From Nemertoderma westbladi (lineage: Eukaryota; Animalia; Xenacoelomorpha), in contig JAUCBJ010005321.1 of assembly GCA_032718475.1 (NCBI GenBank), forward strand, positions 50,686 through 114,685: 64,000 bases of DNA, in the 5' to 3' direction. Position 1 is the stretch's first letter, and every line of letters begins with the position of its first letter. Below the pieces are notes generated by a model, which saw only the letters and a program-made list of their open reading frames with translations, was not told where the DNA came from and searched no databases. Made by a program: the position numbers and the translations under genes. Below are positions 13,101 to 28,100 of this stretch, piece after piece.

Positions 13101-16100
13101 TATTCATAGTGAATCAAAGCGGCGTTGGTTGGTGAAACCAGAGACTATTCATAGTGAATCAAAGCGGCGTTGGTTGGTGAAACCAGAGACTATTCATAGT
13201 GAATCAAAGCGGCGTTGGTTGGTGAAACCAGAGACTATTCATAGTGAATCAAAGCGGCGTTGGTTGGTGAAACCAGAGACTATTCATAGTGAATCAAAGC
13301 GGCGTTGGTTGCTGAAACCAGAGACTATTCATAGTGAATCAAAGCGGCGTTGGTTGCTGAAACCAGAGACTATTCATAGTGAATCAAAGCGGCGTTGGTT
13401 GGTGAAACCAGAGACTATTCATAGTGAATCAAAGCGGCGTTGGTTGGTGAAACCAGAGACTATTCATAGTGAATCAAAGCGGCGTTGGTTGGTGAAACCA
13501 GAGACTATTCATAGTGAATCAAAGCGGCGTTGGTTGGTGAAACCAGAGACTTTTCATAGTGAATCAAAGCGGCGTTGGTTGGTGAAACCAGAGACTATTC
13601 ATAGTGAATCAAAGCGGCGTTGGTTCGTGAAACCAGAGACTATTCATAGTGAATCAAAGCGGCGTTGGTTGCTGAAACCAGAGACTATTCATAGTGAATC
13701 AAAGCGGCGTTGGTTCGTGAAACCAGAGACTATTCATAGTGAATCAAAGCGGCGTTGGTTGCTGAAACCAGAGACTATTCATAGTGAATCAAAGCGGCGT
13801 TGGTTGCTGAAACCAGAGACTATTCATAGTGAATCAAAGCGGCGTTGGTTGCTGAAACCAGAGACTATTCATAGTGAATCAAAGCGGCGTTGGTTGGTGA
13901 AACCAGAGACTATTCATAGTGAATCAAAGCGGCGTTGGTTGGTGAAACCAGAGACTATTCATAGTGAATCAAAGCGGCGTTGGTTGCTGAAACCAGAGAC
14001 TATTCATAGTGAATCAAAGCGGCGTTGGTTGGTGAAACCAGAGACTATTCATAGTGAATCAAAGCGGCGTTGGTTGCTGAAACCAGAGACTATTCATAGT
14101 GAATCAAAGCGGCGTTGGTTGCTGAAACCAGAGACTATTCATAGTGAATCAAAGCGGCGTTGGTTGCTGAAACCAGAGACTATTCATAGTGAATCAAAGC
14201 GGCGTTGGTTGGTGAAACCAGAGACTATTCATAGTGAATCAAAGCGGCGTTGGTTGGTGAAACCAGAGACTATTCATAGTGAATCAAAGCGGCGTTGGTT
14301 GCTGAAACCAGAGACTATTCATAGTGAATCAAAGCGGCGTTGGTTGCTGAAACCAGAGACTATTCATAGTGAATCAAAGCGGCGTTGGTTGGTGAAACCA
14401 GAGACTATTCATAGTGAATCAAAGCGGCGTTGGTTGGTGAAACCAGAGACTATTCATAGTGAATCAAAGCGGCGTTGGTTGCTGAAACCAGAGACTATTC
14501 ATAGTGAATCAAAGCGGCGTTGGTTGCTGAAACCAGAGACTATTCATAGTGAATCAAAGCGGCGTTGGTTGGTGAAACCAGAGACTATTCATAGTGAATC
14601 AAAGCGGCGTTGGTTGGTGAAACCAGAGACTATTCATAGTGAATCAAAGCGGCGTTGGTTGGTGAAACCAGAGACTATTCATAGTGAATCAAAGCGGCGT
14701 TGGTTGGTGAAACCAGAGACTATTCATAGTGAATCAAAGCGGCGTTGGTTGGTGAAACCAGAGACTATTCATAGTGAATCAAAGCGGCGTTGGTTGGTGA
14801 AACCAGAGACTATTCATAGTGAATCAAAGCGGCGTTGGTTGGTGAAACCAGAGACTATTCATAGTGAATCAAAGCGGCGTTGGTTGGTGAAACCAGAGAC
14901 TATTCATAGTGAATCAAAGCGGCGTTGGTTGGTGAAACCAGAGACTATTCATAGTGAATCAAAGCGGCGTTGGTTGGTGAAACCAGAGACTATTCATAGT
15001 GAATCAAAGCGGCGTTGGTTGGTGAAACCAGAGACTATTCATAGTGAATCAAAGCGGCGTTGGTTGGTGAAACCAGAGACTATTCATAGTGAATCAAAGC
15101 GGCGTTGGTTGGTGAAACCAGAGACTATTCATAGTGAATCAAAGCGGCGTTGGTTGGTGAAACCAGAGACTATTCATAGTGAATCAAAGCGGCGTTGGTT
15201 GGTGAAACCAGAGACTATTCATAGTGAATCAAAGCGGCGTTGGTTGGTGAAACCAGAGACTATTCATAGTGAATCAAAGCGGCGTTGGTTGGTGAAACCA
15301 GAGACTATTCATAGTGAATCAAAGCGGCGTTGGTTGGTGAAACCAGAGACTATTCATAGTGAATCAAAGCGGCGTTGGTTGGTGAAACCAGAGACTATTC
15401 ATAGTGAATCAAAGCGGCGTTGGTTGGTGAAACCAGAGACTATTCATAGTGAATCAAAGCGGCGTTGGTTGGTGAAACCAGAGACTATTCATAGTGAATC
15501 AAAGCGGCGTTGGTTGGTGAAACCAGAGACTATTCATAGTGAATCAAAGCGGCGTTGGTTGGTGAAACCAGAGACTATTCATAGTGAATCAAAGCGGCGT
15601 TGGTTGGTGAAACCAGAGACTATTCATAGTGAATCAAAGCGGCGTTGGTTGGTGAAACCAGAGACTATTCATAGTGAATCAAAGCGGCGTTGGTTGGTGA
15701 AACCAGAGACTATTCATAGTGAATCAAAGCGGCGTTGGTTGGTGAAACCAGAGACTATTCATAGTGAATCAAAGCGGCGTTGGTTGGTGAAACCAGAGAC
15801 TATTCATAGTGAATCAAAGCGGCGTTGGTTGGTGAAACCAGAGACTATTCATAGTGAATCAAAGCGGCGTTGGTTGGTGAAACCAGAGACTATTCATAGT
15901 GAATCAAAGCGGCGTTGGTTGGTGAAACCAGAGACTATTCATAGTGAATCAAAGCGGCGTTGGTTGGTGAAACCAGAGACTATTCATAGTGAATCAAAGC
16001 GGCGTTGGTTGGTGAAACCAGAGACTATTCATAGTGAATCAAAGCGGCGTTGGTTGGTGAAACCAGAGACTATTCATAGTGAATCAAAGCGGCGTTGGTT

Positions 16101-19100
16101 GCTGAAACCAGAGACTATTCATAGTGAATCAAAGCGGCGTTGGTTGCTGAAACCAGAGACTATTCATAGTGAATCAAAGCGGCGTTGGTTGGTGAAACCA
16201 GAGACTATTCATAGTGAATCAAAGCGGCGTTGGTTGGTGAAACCAGAGACTATTCATAGTGAATCAAAGCGGCGTTGGTTGGTGAAACCAGAGACTATTC
16301 ATAGTGAATCAAAGCGGCGTTGGTTGGTGAAACCAGAGACTATTCATAGTGAATCAAAGCGGCGTTGGTTGGTGAAACCAGAGACTATTCATAGTGAATC
16401 AAAGCGGCGTTGGTTGGTGAAACCAGAGACTATTCATAGTGAATCAAAGCGGCGTTGGTTGGTGAAACCAGAGACTATTCATAGTGAATCAAAGCGGCGT
16501 TGGTTGGTGAAACCAGAGACTATTCATAGTGAATCAAAGCGGCGTTGGTTGCTGAAACCAGAGACTATTCATAGTGAATCAAAGCGGCGTTGGTTGGTGA
16601 AACCAGAGACTATTCATAGTGAATCAAAGCGGCGTTGGTTGGTGAAACCAGAGACTATTCATAGTGAATCAAAGCGGCGTTGGTTGCTGAAACCAGAGAC
16701 TATTCATAGTGAATCAAAGCGGCGTTGGTTGCTGAAACCAGAGACTATTCATAGTGAATCAAAGCGGCGTTGGTTGCTGAAACCAGAGACTATTCATAGT
16801 GAATCAAAGCGGCGTTGGTTGGTGAAACCAGAGACTATTCATAGTGAATCAAAGCGGCGTTGGTTGCTGAAACCAGAGACTATTCATAGTGAATCAAAGC
16901 GGCGTTGGTTGGTGAAACCAGAGACTATTCATAGTGAATCAAAGCGGCGTTGGTTGGTGAAACCAGAGACTATTCATAGTGAATCAAAGCGGCGTTGGTT
17001 GGTGAAACCAGAGACTATTCATAGTGAATCAAAGCGGCGTTGGTTGGTGAAACCAGAGACTATTCATAGTGAATCAAAGCGGCGTTGGTTGGTGAAACCA
17101 GAGACTATTCATAGTGAATCAAAGCGGCGTTGGTTGCTGAAACCAGAGACTATTCATAGTGAATCAAAGCGGCGTTGGTTGGTGAAACCAGAGACTATTC
17201 ATAGTGAATCAAAGCGGCGTTGGTTGGTGAAACCAGAGACTATTCATAGTGAATCAAAGCGGCGTTGGTTGGTGAAACCAGAGACTATTCATAGTGAATC
17301 AAAGCGGCGTTGGTTGGTGAAACCAGAGACTATTCATAGTGAATCAAAGCGGCGTTGGTTGGTGAAACCAGAGACTATTCATAGTGAATCAAAGCGGCGT
17401 TGGTTGGTGAAACCAGAGACTATTCATAGTGAATCAAAGCGGCGTTGGTTGGTGAAACCAGAGACTATTCATAGTGAATCAAAGCGGCGTTGGTTGCTGA
17501 AACCAGAGACTATTCATAGTGAATCAAAGCGGCGTTGGTTGGTGAAACCAGAGACTATTCATAGTGAATCAAAGCGGCGTTGGTTGGTGAAACCAGAGAC
17601 TATTCATAGTGAATCAAAGCGGCGTTGGTTGGTGAAACCAGAGACTATTCATAGTGAATCAAAGCGGCGTTGGTTGGTGAAACCAGAGACTATTCATAGT
17701 GAATCAAAGCGGCGTTGGTTGCTGAAACCAGAGACTATTCATAGTGAATCAAAGCGGCGTTGGTTGGTGAAACCAGAGACTATTCATAGTGAATCAAAGC
17801 GGCGTTGGTTGGTGAAACCAGAGACTATTCATAGTGAATCAAAGCGGCGTTGGTTGGTGAAACCAGAGACTATTCATAGTGAATCAAAGCGGCGTTGGTT
17901 GGTGAAACCAGAGACTATTCATAGTGAATCAAAGCGGCGTTGGTTGGTGAAACCAGAGACTATTCATAGTGAATCAAAGCGGCGTTGGTTGCTGAAACCA
18001 GAGACTATTCATAGTGAATCAAAGCGGCGTTGGTTGCTGAAACCAGAGACTATTCATAGTGAATCAAAGCGGCGTTGGTTGGTGAAACCAGAGACTATTC
18101 ATAGTGAATCAAAGCGGCGTTGGTTGGTGAAACCAGAGACTATTCATAGTGAATCAAAGCGGCGTTGGTTGGTGAAACCAGAGACTATTCATAGTGAATC
18201 AAAGCGGCGTTGGTTGCTGAAACCAGAGACTATTCATAGTGAATCAAAGCGGCGTTGGTTGGTGAAACCAGAGACTATTCATAGTGAATCAAAGCGGCGT
18301 TGGTTGGTGAAACCAGAGACTATTCATAGTGAATCAAAGCGGCGTTGGTTGGTGAAACCAGAGACTATTCATAGTGAATCAAAGCGGCGTTGGTTGGTGA
18401 AACCAGAGACTATTCATAGTGAATCAAAGCGGCGTTGGTTGGTGAAACCAGAGACTATTCATAGTGAATCAAAGCGGCGTTGGTTGCTGAAACCAGAGAC
18501 TATTCATAGTGAATCAAAGCGGCGTTGGTTGCTGAAACCAGAGACTATTCATAGTGAATCAAAGCGGCGTTGGTTGGTGAAACCAGAGACTATTCATAGT
18601 GAATCAAAGCGGCGTTGGTTGGTGAAACCAGAGACTATTCATAGTGAATCAAAGCGGCGTTGGTTGGTGAAACCAGAGACTATTCATAGTGAATCAAAGC
18701 GGCGTTGGTTGCTGAAACCAGAGACTATTCATAGTGAATCAAAGCGGCGTTGGTTGGTGAAACCAGAGACTATTCATAGTGAATCAAAGCGGCGTTGGTT
18801 GGTGAAACCAGAGACTATTCATAGTGAATCAAAGCGGCGTTGGTTGGTGAAACCAGAGACTATTCATAGTGAATCAAAGCGGCGTTGGTTGGTGAAACCA
18901 GAGACTATTCATAGTGAATCAAAGCGGCGTTGGTTGGTGAAACCAGAGACTATTCATAGTGAATCAAAGCGGCGTTGGTTGGTGAAACCAGAGACTATTC
19001 ATAGTGAATCAAAGCGGCGTTGGTTGGTGAAACCAGAGACTATTCATAGTGAATCAAAGCGGCGTTGGTTGGTGAAACCAGAGACTATTCATAGTGAATC

Positions 19101-22100
19101 AAAGCGGCGTTGGTTGGTGAAACCAGAGACTATTCATAGTGAATCAAAGCGGCGTTGGTTGGTGAAACCAGAGACTATTCATAGTGAATCAAAGCGGCGT
19201 TGGTTGGTGAAACCAGAGACTATTCATAGTGAATCAAAGCGGCGTTGGTTGGTGAAACCAGAGACTATTCATAGTGAATCAAAGCGGCGTTGGTTGGTGA
19301 AACCAGAGACTATTCATAGTGAATCAAAGCGGCGTTGGTTGGTGAAACCAGAGACTATTCATAGTGAATCAAAGCGGCGTTGGTTGGTGAAACCAGAGAC
19401 TATTCATAGTGAATCAAAGCGGCGTTGGTTGGTGAAACCAGAGACTATTCATAGTGAATCAAAGCGGCGTTGGTTGGTGAAACCAGAGACTATTCATAGT
19501 GAATCAAAGCGGCGTTGGTTGGTGAAACCAGAGACTATTCATAGTGAATCAAAGCGGCGTTGGTTGGTGAAACCAGAGACTATTCATAGTGAATCAAAGC
19601 GGCGTTGGTTGGTGAAACCAGAGACTATTCATAGTGAATCAAAGCGGCGTTGGTTGGTGAAACCAGAGACTATTCATAGTGAATCAAAGCGGCGTTGGTT
19701 GGTGAAACCAGAGACTATTCATAGTGAATCAAAGCGGCGTTGGTTGGTGAAACCAGAGACTATTCATAGTGAATCAAAGCGGCGTTGGTTGGTGAAACCA
19801 GAGACTATTCATAGTGAATCAAAGCGGCGTTGGTTGGTGAAACCAGAGACTATTCATAGTGAATCAAAGCGGCGTTGGTTGGTGAAACCAGAGACTATTC
19901 ATAGTGAATCAAAGCGGCGTTGGTTGGTGAAACCAGAGACTATTCATAGTGAATCAAAGCGGCGTTGGTTGCTGAAACCAGAGACTATTCATAGTGAATC
20001 AAAGCGGCGTTGGTTGGTGAAACCAGAGACTATTCATAGTGAATCAAAGCGGCGTTGGTTGCTGAAACCAGAGACTATTCATAGTGAATCAAAGCGGCGT
20101 TGGTTGGTGAAACCAGAGACTATTCATAGTGAATCAAAGCGGCGTTGGTTGGTGAAACCAGAGACTATTCATAGTGAATCAAAGCGGCGTTGGTTGCTGA
20201 AACCAGAGACTATTCATAGTGAATCAAAGCGGCGTTGGTTGGTGAAACCAGAGACTATTCATAGTGAATCAAAGCGGCGTTGGTTGGTGAAACCAGAGAC
20301 TATTCATAGTGAATCAAAGCGGCGTTGGTTGGTGAAACCAGAGACTATTCATAGTGAATCAAAGCGGCGTTGGTTGGTGAAACCAGAGACTATTCATAGT
20401 GAATCAAAGCGGCGTTGGTTGCTGAAACCAGAGACTATTCATAGTGAATCAAAGCGGCGTTGGTTGGTGAAACCAGAGACTATTCATAGTGAATCAAAGC
20501 GGCGTTGGTTGCTGAAACCAGAGACTATTCATAGTGAATCAAAGCGGCGTTGGTTGGTGAAACCAGAGACTATTCATAGTGAATCAAAGCGGCGTTGGTT
20601 GCTGAAACCAGAGACTATTCATAGTGAATCAAAGCGGCGTTGGTTGCTGAAACCAGAGACTATTCATAGTGAATCAAAGCGGCGTTGGTTGGTGAAACCA
20701 GAGACTATTCATAGTGAATCAAAGCGGCGTTGGTTGGTGAAACCAGAGACTATTCATAGTGAATCAAAGCGGCGTTGGTTGCTGAAACCAGAGACTATTC
20801 ATAGTGAATCAAAGCGGCGTTGGTTGCTGAAACCAGAGACTATTCATAGTGAATCAAAGCGGCGTTGGTTGGTGAAACCAGAGACTATTCATAGTGAATC
20901 AAAGCGGCGTTGGTTGGTGAAACCAGAGACTATTCATAGTGAATCAAAGCGGCGTTGGTTGGTGAAACCAGAGACTATTCATAGTGAATCAAAGCGGCGT
21001 TGGTTGGTGAAACCAGAGACTATTCATAGTGAATCAAAGCGGCGTTGGTTGCTGAAACCAGAGACTATTCATAGTGAATCAAAGCGGCGTTGGTTGCTGA
21101 AACCAGAGACTATTCATAATGAATCAAAGCGGCGTTGGTTGGTGAAACCAGAGACTATTCATAGTGAATCAAAGCGGCGTTGGTTGGTGAAACCAGAGAC
21201 TATTCATAGTGAATCAAAGCGGCGTTGGTTGGTGAAACCAGAGACTATTCATAGTGAATCAAAGCGGCGTTGGTTGGTGAAACCAGAGACTATTCATAGT
21301 GAATCAAAGCGGCGTTGGTTGCTGAAACCAGAGACTATTCATAGTGAATCAAAGCGGCGTTGGTTGGTGAAACCAGAGACTATTCATAGTGAATCAAAGC
21401 GGCGTTGGTTGGTGAAACCAGAGACTATTCATAGTGAATCAAAGCGGCGTTGGTTGGTGAAACCAGAGACTATTCATAGTGAATCAAAGCGGCGTTGGTT
21501 GCTGAAACCAGAGACTATTCATAGTGAATCAAAGCGGCGTTGGTTGGTGAAACCAGAGACTATTCATAGTGAATCAAAGCGGCGTTGGTTGCTGAAACCA
21601 GAGACTATTCATAGTGAATCAAAGCGGCGTTGGTTGGTGAAACCAGAGACTATTCATAGTGAATCAAAGCGGCGTTGGTTGGTGAAACCAGAGACTATTC
21701 ATAGTGAATCAAAGCGGCGTTGGTTGGTGAAACCAGAGACTATTCATAGTGAATCAAAGCGGCGTTGGTTGGTGAAACCAGAGACTATTCATAGTGAATC
21801 AAAGCGGCGTTGGTTGGTGAAACCAGAGACTATTCATAGTGAATCAAAGCGGCGTTGGTTGCTGAAACCAGAGACTATTCATAGTGAATCAAAGCGGCGT
21901 TGGTTGCTGAAACCAGAGACTATTCATAGTGAATCAAAGCGGCGTTGGTTGGTGAAACCAGAGACTATTCATAGTGAATCAAAGCGGCGTTGGTTGGTGA
22001 AACCAGAGACTATTCATAGTGAATCAAAGCGGCGTTGGTTGGTGAAACCAGAGACTATTCATAGTGAATCAAAGCGGCGTTGGTTGCTGAAACCAGAGAC

Positions 22101-25100
22101 TATTCATAGTGAATCAAAGCGGCGTTGGTTGGTGAAACCAGAGACTATTCATAGTGAATCAAAGCGGCGTTGGTTGGTGAAACCAGAGACTATTCATAGT
22201 GAATCAAAGCGGCGTTGGTTGGTGAAACCAGAGACTATTCATAGTGAATCAAAGCGGCGTTGGTTGGTGAAACCAGAGACTATTCATAGTGAATCAAAGC
22301 GGCGTTGGTTGGTGAAACCAGAGACTATTCATAGTGAATCAAAGCGGCGTTGGTTGCTGAAACCAGAGACTATTCATAGTGAATCAAAGCGGCGTTGGTT
22401 GGTGAAACCAGAGACTATTCATAGTGAATCAAAGCGGCGTTGGTTGGTGAAACCAGAGACTATTCATAGTGAATCAAAGCGGCGTTGGTTGGTGAAACCA
22501 GAGACTATTCATAGTGAATCAAAGCGGCGTTGGTTGGTGAAACCAGAGACTATTCATAGTGAATCAAAGCGGCGTTGGTTGGTGAAACCAGAGACTATTC
22601 ATAGTGAATCAAAGCGGCGTTGGTTGGTGAAACCAGAGACTATTCATAGTGAATCAAAGCGGCGTTGGTTGGTGAAACCAGAGACTATTCATAGTGAATC
22701 AAAGCGGCGTTGGTTGGTGAAACCAGAGACTATTCATAGTGAATCAAAGCGGCGTTGGTTGGTGAAACCAGAGACTATTCATAGTGAATCAAAGCGGCGT
22801 TGGTTGGTGAAACCAGAGACTATTCATAGTGAATCAAAGCGGCGTTGGTTGGTGAAACCAGAGACTATTCATAGTGAATCAAAGCGGCGTTGGTTGGTGA
22901 AACCAGAGACTATTCATAGTGAATCAAAGCGGCGTTGGTTGGTGAAACCAGAGACTATTCATAGTGAATCAAAGCGGCGTTGGTTGGTGAAACCAGAGAC
23001 TATTCATAGTGAATCAAAGCGGCGTTGGTTGGTGAAACCAGAGACTATTCATAGTGAATCAAAGCGGCGTTGGTTGGTGAAACCAGAGACTATTCATAGT
23101 GAATCAAAGCGGCGTTGGTTGGTGAAACCAGAGACTATTCATAGTGAATCAAAGCGGCGTTGGTTGCTGAAACCAGAGACTATTCATAGTGAATCAAAGC
23201 GGCGTTGGTTGCTGAAACCAGAGACTATTCATAGTGAATCAAAGCGGCGTTGGTTGGTGAAACCAGAGACTATTCATAGTGAATCAAAGCGGCGTTGGTT
23301 GCTGAAACCAGAGACTATTCATAGTGAATCAAAGCGGCGTTGGTTGGTGAAACCAGAGACTATTCATAGTGAATCAAAGCGGCGTTGGTTGGTGAAACCA
23401 GAGACTATTCATAGTGAATCAAAGCGGCGTTGGTTGGTGAAACCAGAGACTATTCATAGTGAATCAAAGCGGCGTTGGTTGGTGAAACCAGAGACTATTC
23501 ATAGTGAATCAAAGCGGCGTTGGTTGGTGAAACCAGAGACTATTCATAGTGAATCAAAGCGGCGTTGGTTGCTGAAACCAGAGACTATTCATAGTGAATC
23601 AAAGCGGCGTTGGTTGGTGAAACCAGAGACTATTCATAGTGAATCAAAGCGGCGTTGGTTGCTGAAACCAGAGACTATTCATAGTGAATCAAAGCGGCGT
23701 TGGTTGCTGAAACCAGAGACTATTCATAGTGAATCAAAGCGGCGTTGGTTGGTGAAACCAGAGACTATTCATAGTGAATCAAAGCGGCGTTGGTTGCTGA
23801 AACCAGAGACTATTCATAGTGAATCAAAGCGGCGTTGGTTGCTGAAACCAGAGACTATTCATAGTGAATCAAAGCGGCGTTGGTTGGTGAAACCAGAGAC
23901 TATTCATAGTGAATCAAAGCGGCGTTGGTTGGTGAAACCAGAGACTATTCATAGTGAATCAAAGCGGCGTTGGTTGGTGAAACCAGAGACTATTCATAGT
24001 GAATCAAAGCGGCGTTGGTTGCTGAAACCAGAGACTATTCATAGTGAATCAAAGCGGCGTTGGTTGCTGAAACCAGAGACTATTCATAGTGAATCAAAGC
24101 GGCGTTGGTTGGTGAAACCAGAGACTATTCATAGTGAATCAAAGCGGCGTTGGTTGGTGAAACCAGAGACTATTCATAGTGAATCAAAGCGGCGTTGGTT
24201 GGTGAAACCAGAGACTATTCATAGTGAATCAAAGCGGCGTTGGTTGGTGAAACCAGAGACTATTCATAGTGAATCAAAGCGGCGTTGGTTGGTGAAACCA
24301 GAGACTATTCATAGTGAATCAAAGCGGCGTTGGTTGGTGAAACCAGAGACTATTCATAGTGAATCAAAGCGGCGTTGGTTGCTGAAACCAGAGACTATTC
24401 ATAGTGAATCAAAGCGGCGTTGGTTGGTGAAACCAGAGACTATTCATAGTGAATCAAAGCGGCGTTGGTTGCTGAAACCAGAGACTATTCATAGTGAATC
24501 AAAGCGGCGTTGGTTGCTGAAACCAGAGACTATTCATAGTGAATCAAAGCGGCGTTGGTTGCTGAAACCAGAGACTATTCATAGTGAATCAAAGCGGCGT
24601 TGGTTGGTGAAACCAGAGACTATTCATAGTGAATCAAAGCGGCGTTGGTTGCTGAAACCAGAGACTATTCATAGTGAATCAAAGCGGCGTTGGTTGGTGA
24701 AACCAGAGACTATTCATAGTGAATCAAAGCGGCGTTGGTTGGTGAAACCAGAGACTATTCATAGTGAATCAAAGCGGCGTTGGTTGCTGAAACCAGAGAC
24801 TATTCATAGTGAATCAAAGCGGCGTTGGTTGGTGAAACCAGAGACTATTCATAGTGAATCAAAGCGGCGTTGGTTGCTGAAACCAGAGACTATTCATAGT
24901 GAATCAAAGCGGCGTTGGTTGGTGAAACCAGAGACTATTCATAGTGAATCAAAGCGGCGTTGGTTGGTGAAACCAGAGACTATTCATAGTGAATCAAAGC
25001 GGCGTTGGTTGGTGAAACCAGAGACTATTCATAGTGAATCAAAGCGGCGTTGGTTGCTGAAACCAGAGACTATTCATAGTGAATCAAAGCGGCGTTGGTT

Positions 25101-28100
25101 GGTGAAACCAGAGACTATTCATAGTGAATCAAAGCGGCGTTGGTTGCTGAAACCAGAGACTATTCATAGTGAATCAAAGCGGCGTTGGTTGCTGAAACCA
25201 GAGACTATTCATAGTGAATCAAAGCGGCGTTGGTTGGTGAAACCAGAGACTATTCATAGTGAATCAAAGCGGCGTTGGTTGGTGAAACCAGAGACTATTC
25301 ATAGTGAATCAAAGCGGCGTTGGTTGGTGAAACCAGAGACTATTCATAGTGAATCAAAGCGGCGTTGGTTGGTGAAACCAGAGACTATTCATAGTGAATC
25401 AAAGCGGCGTTGGTTGCTGAAACCAGAGACTATTCATAGTGAATCAAAGCGGCGTTGGTTGCTGAAACCAGAGACTATTCATAGTGAATCAAAGCGGCGT
25501 TGGTTGGTGAAACCAGAGACTATTCATAGTGAATCAAAGCGGCGTTGGTTGCTGAAACCAGAGACTATTCATAGTGAATCAAAGCGGCGTTGGTTGGTGA
25601 AACCAGAGACTATTCATAGTGAATCAAAGCGGCGTTGGTTGGTGAAACCAGAGACTATTCATAGTGAATCAAAGCGGCGTTGGTTGGTGAAACCAGAGAC
25701 TATTCATAGTGAATCAAAGCGGCGTTGGTTGGTGAAACCAGAGACTATTCATAGTGAATCAAAGCGGCGTTGGTTGGTGAAACCAGAGACTATTCATAGT
25801 GAATCAAAGCGGCGTTGGTTGGTGAAACCAGAGACTATTCATAGTGAATCAAAGCGGCGTTGGTTGCTGAAACCAGAGACTATTCATAGTGAATCAAAGC
25901 GGCGTTGGTTGCTGAAACCAGAGACTATTCATAGTGAATCAAAGCGGCGTTGGTTGCTGAAACCAGAGACTATTCATAGTGAATCAAAGCGGCGTTGGTT
26001 GCTGAAACCAGAGACTATTCATAGTGAATCAAAGCGGCGTTGGTTGGTGAAACCAGAGACTATTCATAGTGAATCAAAGCGGCGTTGGTTGCTGAAACCA
26101 GAGACTATTCATAGTGAATCAAAGCGGCGTTGGTTGCTGAAACCAGAGACTATTCATAGTGAATCAAAGCGGCGTTGGTTGCTGAAACCAGAGACTATTC
26201 ATAGTGAATCAAAGCGGCGTTGGTTGGTGAAACCAGAGACTATTCATAGTGAATCAAAGCGGCGTTGGTTGCTGAAACCAGAGACTATTCATAGTGAATC
26301 AAAGCGGCGTTGGTTGCTGAAACCAGAGACTATTCATAGTGAATCAAAGCGGCGTTGGTTGGTGAAACCAGAGACTATTCATAGTGAATCAAAGCGGCGT
26401 TGGTTGGTGAAACCAGAGACTATTCATAGTGAATCAAAGCGGCGTTGGTTGCTGAAACCAGAGACTATTCATAGTGAATCAAAGCGGCGTTGGTTGGTGA
26501 AACCAGAGACTATTCATAGTGAATCAAAGCGGCGTTGGTTGCTGAAACCAGAGACTATTCATAGTGAATCAAAGCGGCGTTGGTTGCTGAAACCAGAGAC
26601 TATTCATAGTGAATCAAAGCGGCGTTGGTTGGTGAAACCAGAGACTATTCATAGTGAATCAAAGCGGCGTTGGTTGGTGAAACCAGAGACTATTCATAGT
26701 GAATCAAAGCGGCGTTGGTTGCTGAAACCAGAGACTATTCATAGTGAATCAAAGCGGCGTTGGTTGCTGAAACCAGAGACTATTCATAGTGAATCAAAGC
26801 GGCGTTGGTTGGTGAAACCAGAGACTATTCATAGTGAATCAAAGCGGCGTTGGTTGCTGAAACCAGAGACTATTCATAGTGAATCAAAGCGGCGTTGGTT
26901 GGTGAAACCAGAGACTATTCATAGTGAATCAAAGCGGCGTTGGTTGGTGAAACCAGAGACTATTCATAGTGAATCAAAGCGGCGTTGGTTGGTGAAACCA
27001 GAGACTATTCATAGTGAATCAAAGCGGCGTTGGTTGCTGAAACCAGAGACTATTCATAGTGAATCAAAGCGGCGTTGGTTGGTGAAACCAGAGACTATTC
27101 ATAGTGAATCAAAGCGGCGTTGGTTGGTGAAACCAGAGACTATTCATAGTGAATCAAAGCGGCGTTGGTTGGTGAAACCAGAGACTATTCATAGTGAATC
27201 AAAGCGGCGTTGGTTGCTGAAACCAGAGACTATTCATAGTGAATCAAAGCGGCGTTGGTTGCTGAAACCAGAGACTATTCATAGTGAATCAAAGCGGCGT
27301 TGGTTGCTGAAACCAGAGACTATTCATAGTGAATCAAAGCGGCGTTGGTTGGTGAAACCAGAGACTATTCATAGTGAATCAAAGCGGCGTTGGTTGGTGA
27401 AACCAGAGACTATTCATAGTGAATCAAAGCGGCGTTGGTTGCTGAAACCAGAGACTATTCATAGTGAATCAAAGCGGCGTTGGTTGGTGAAACCAGAGAC
27501 TATTCATAGTGAATCAAAGCGGCGTTGGTTGGTGAAACCAGAGACTATTCATAGTGAATCAAAGCGGCGTTGGTTGCTGAAACCAGAGACTATTCATAGT
27601 GAATCAAAGCGGCGTTGGTTGGTGAAACCAGAGACTATTCATAGTGAATCAAAGCGGCGTTGGTTGGTGAAACCAGAGACTATTCATAGTGAATCAAAGC
27701 GGCGTTGGTTGGTGAAACCAGAGACTATTCATAGTGAATCAAAGCGGCGTTGGTTGCTGAAACCAGAGACTATTCATAGTGAATCAAAGCGGCGTTGGTT
27801 GCTGAAACCAGAGACTATTCATAGTGAATCAAAGCGGCGTTGGTTGCTGAAACCAGAGACTATTCATAGTGAATCAAAGCGGCGTTGGTTGGTGAAACCA
27901 GAGACTATTCATAGTGAATCAAAGCGGCGTTGGTTGCTGAAACCAGAGACTATTCATAGTGAATCAAAGCGGCGTTGGTTGGTGAAACCAGAGACTATTC
28001 ATAGTGAATCAAAGCGGCGTTGGTTGCTGAAACCAGAGACTATTCATAGTGAATCAAAGCGGCGTTGGTTGCTGAAACCAGAGACTATTCATAGTGAATC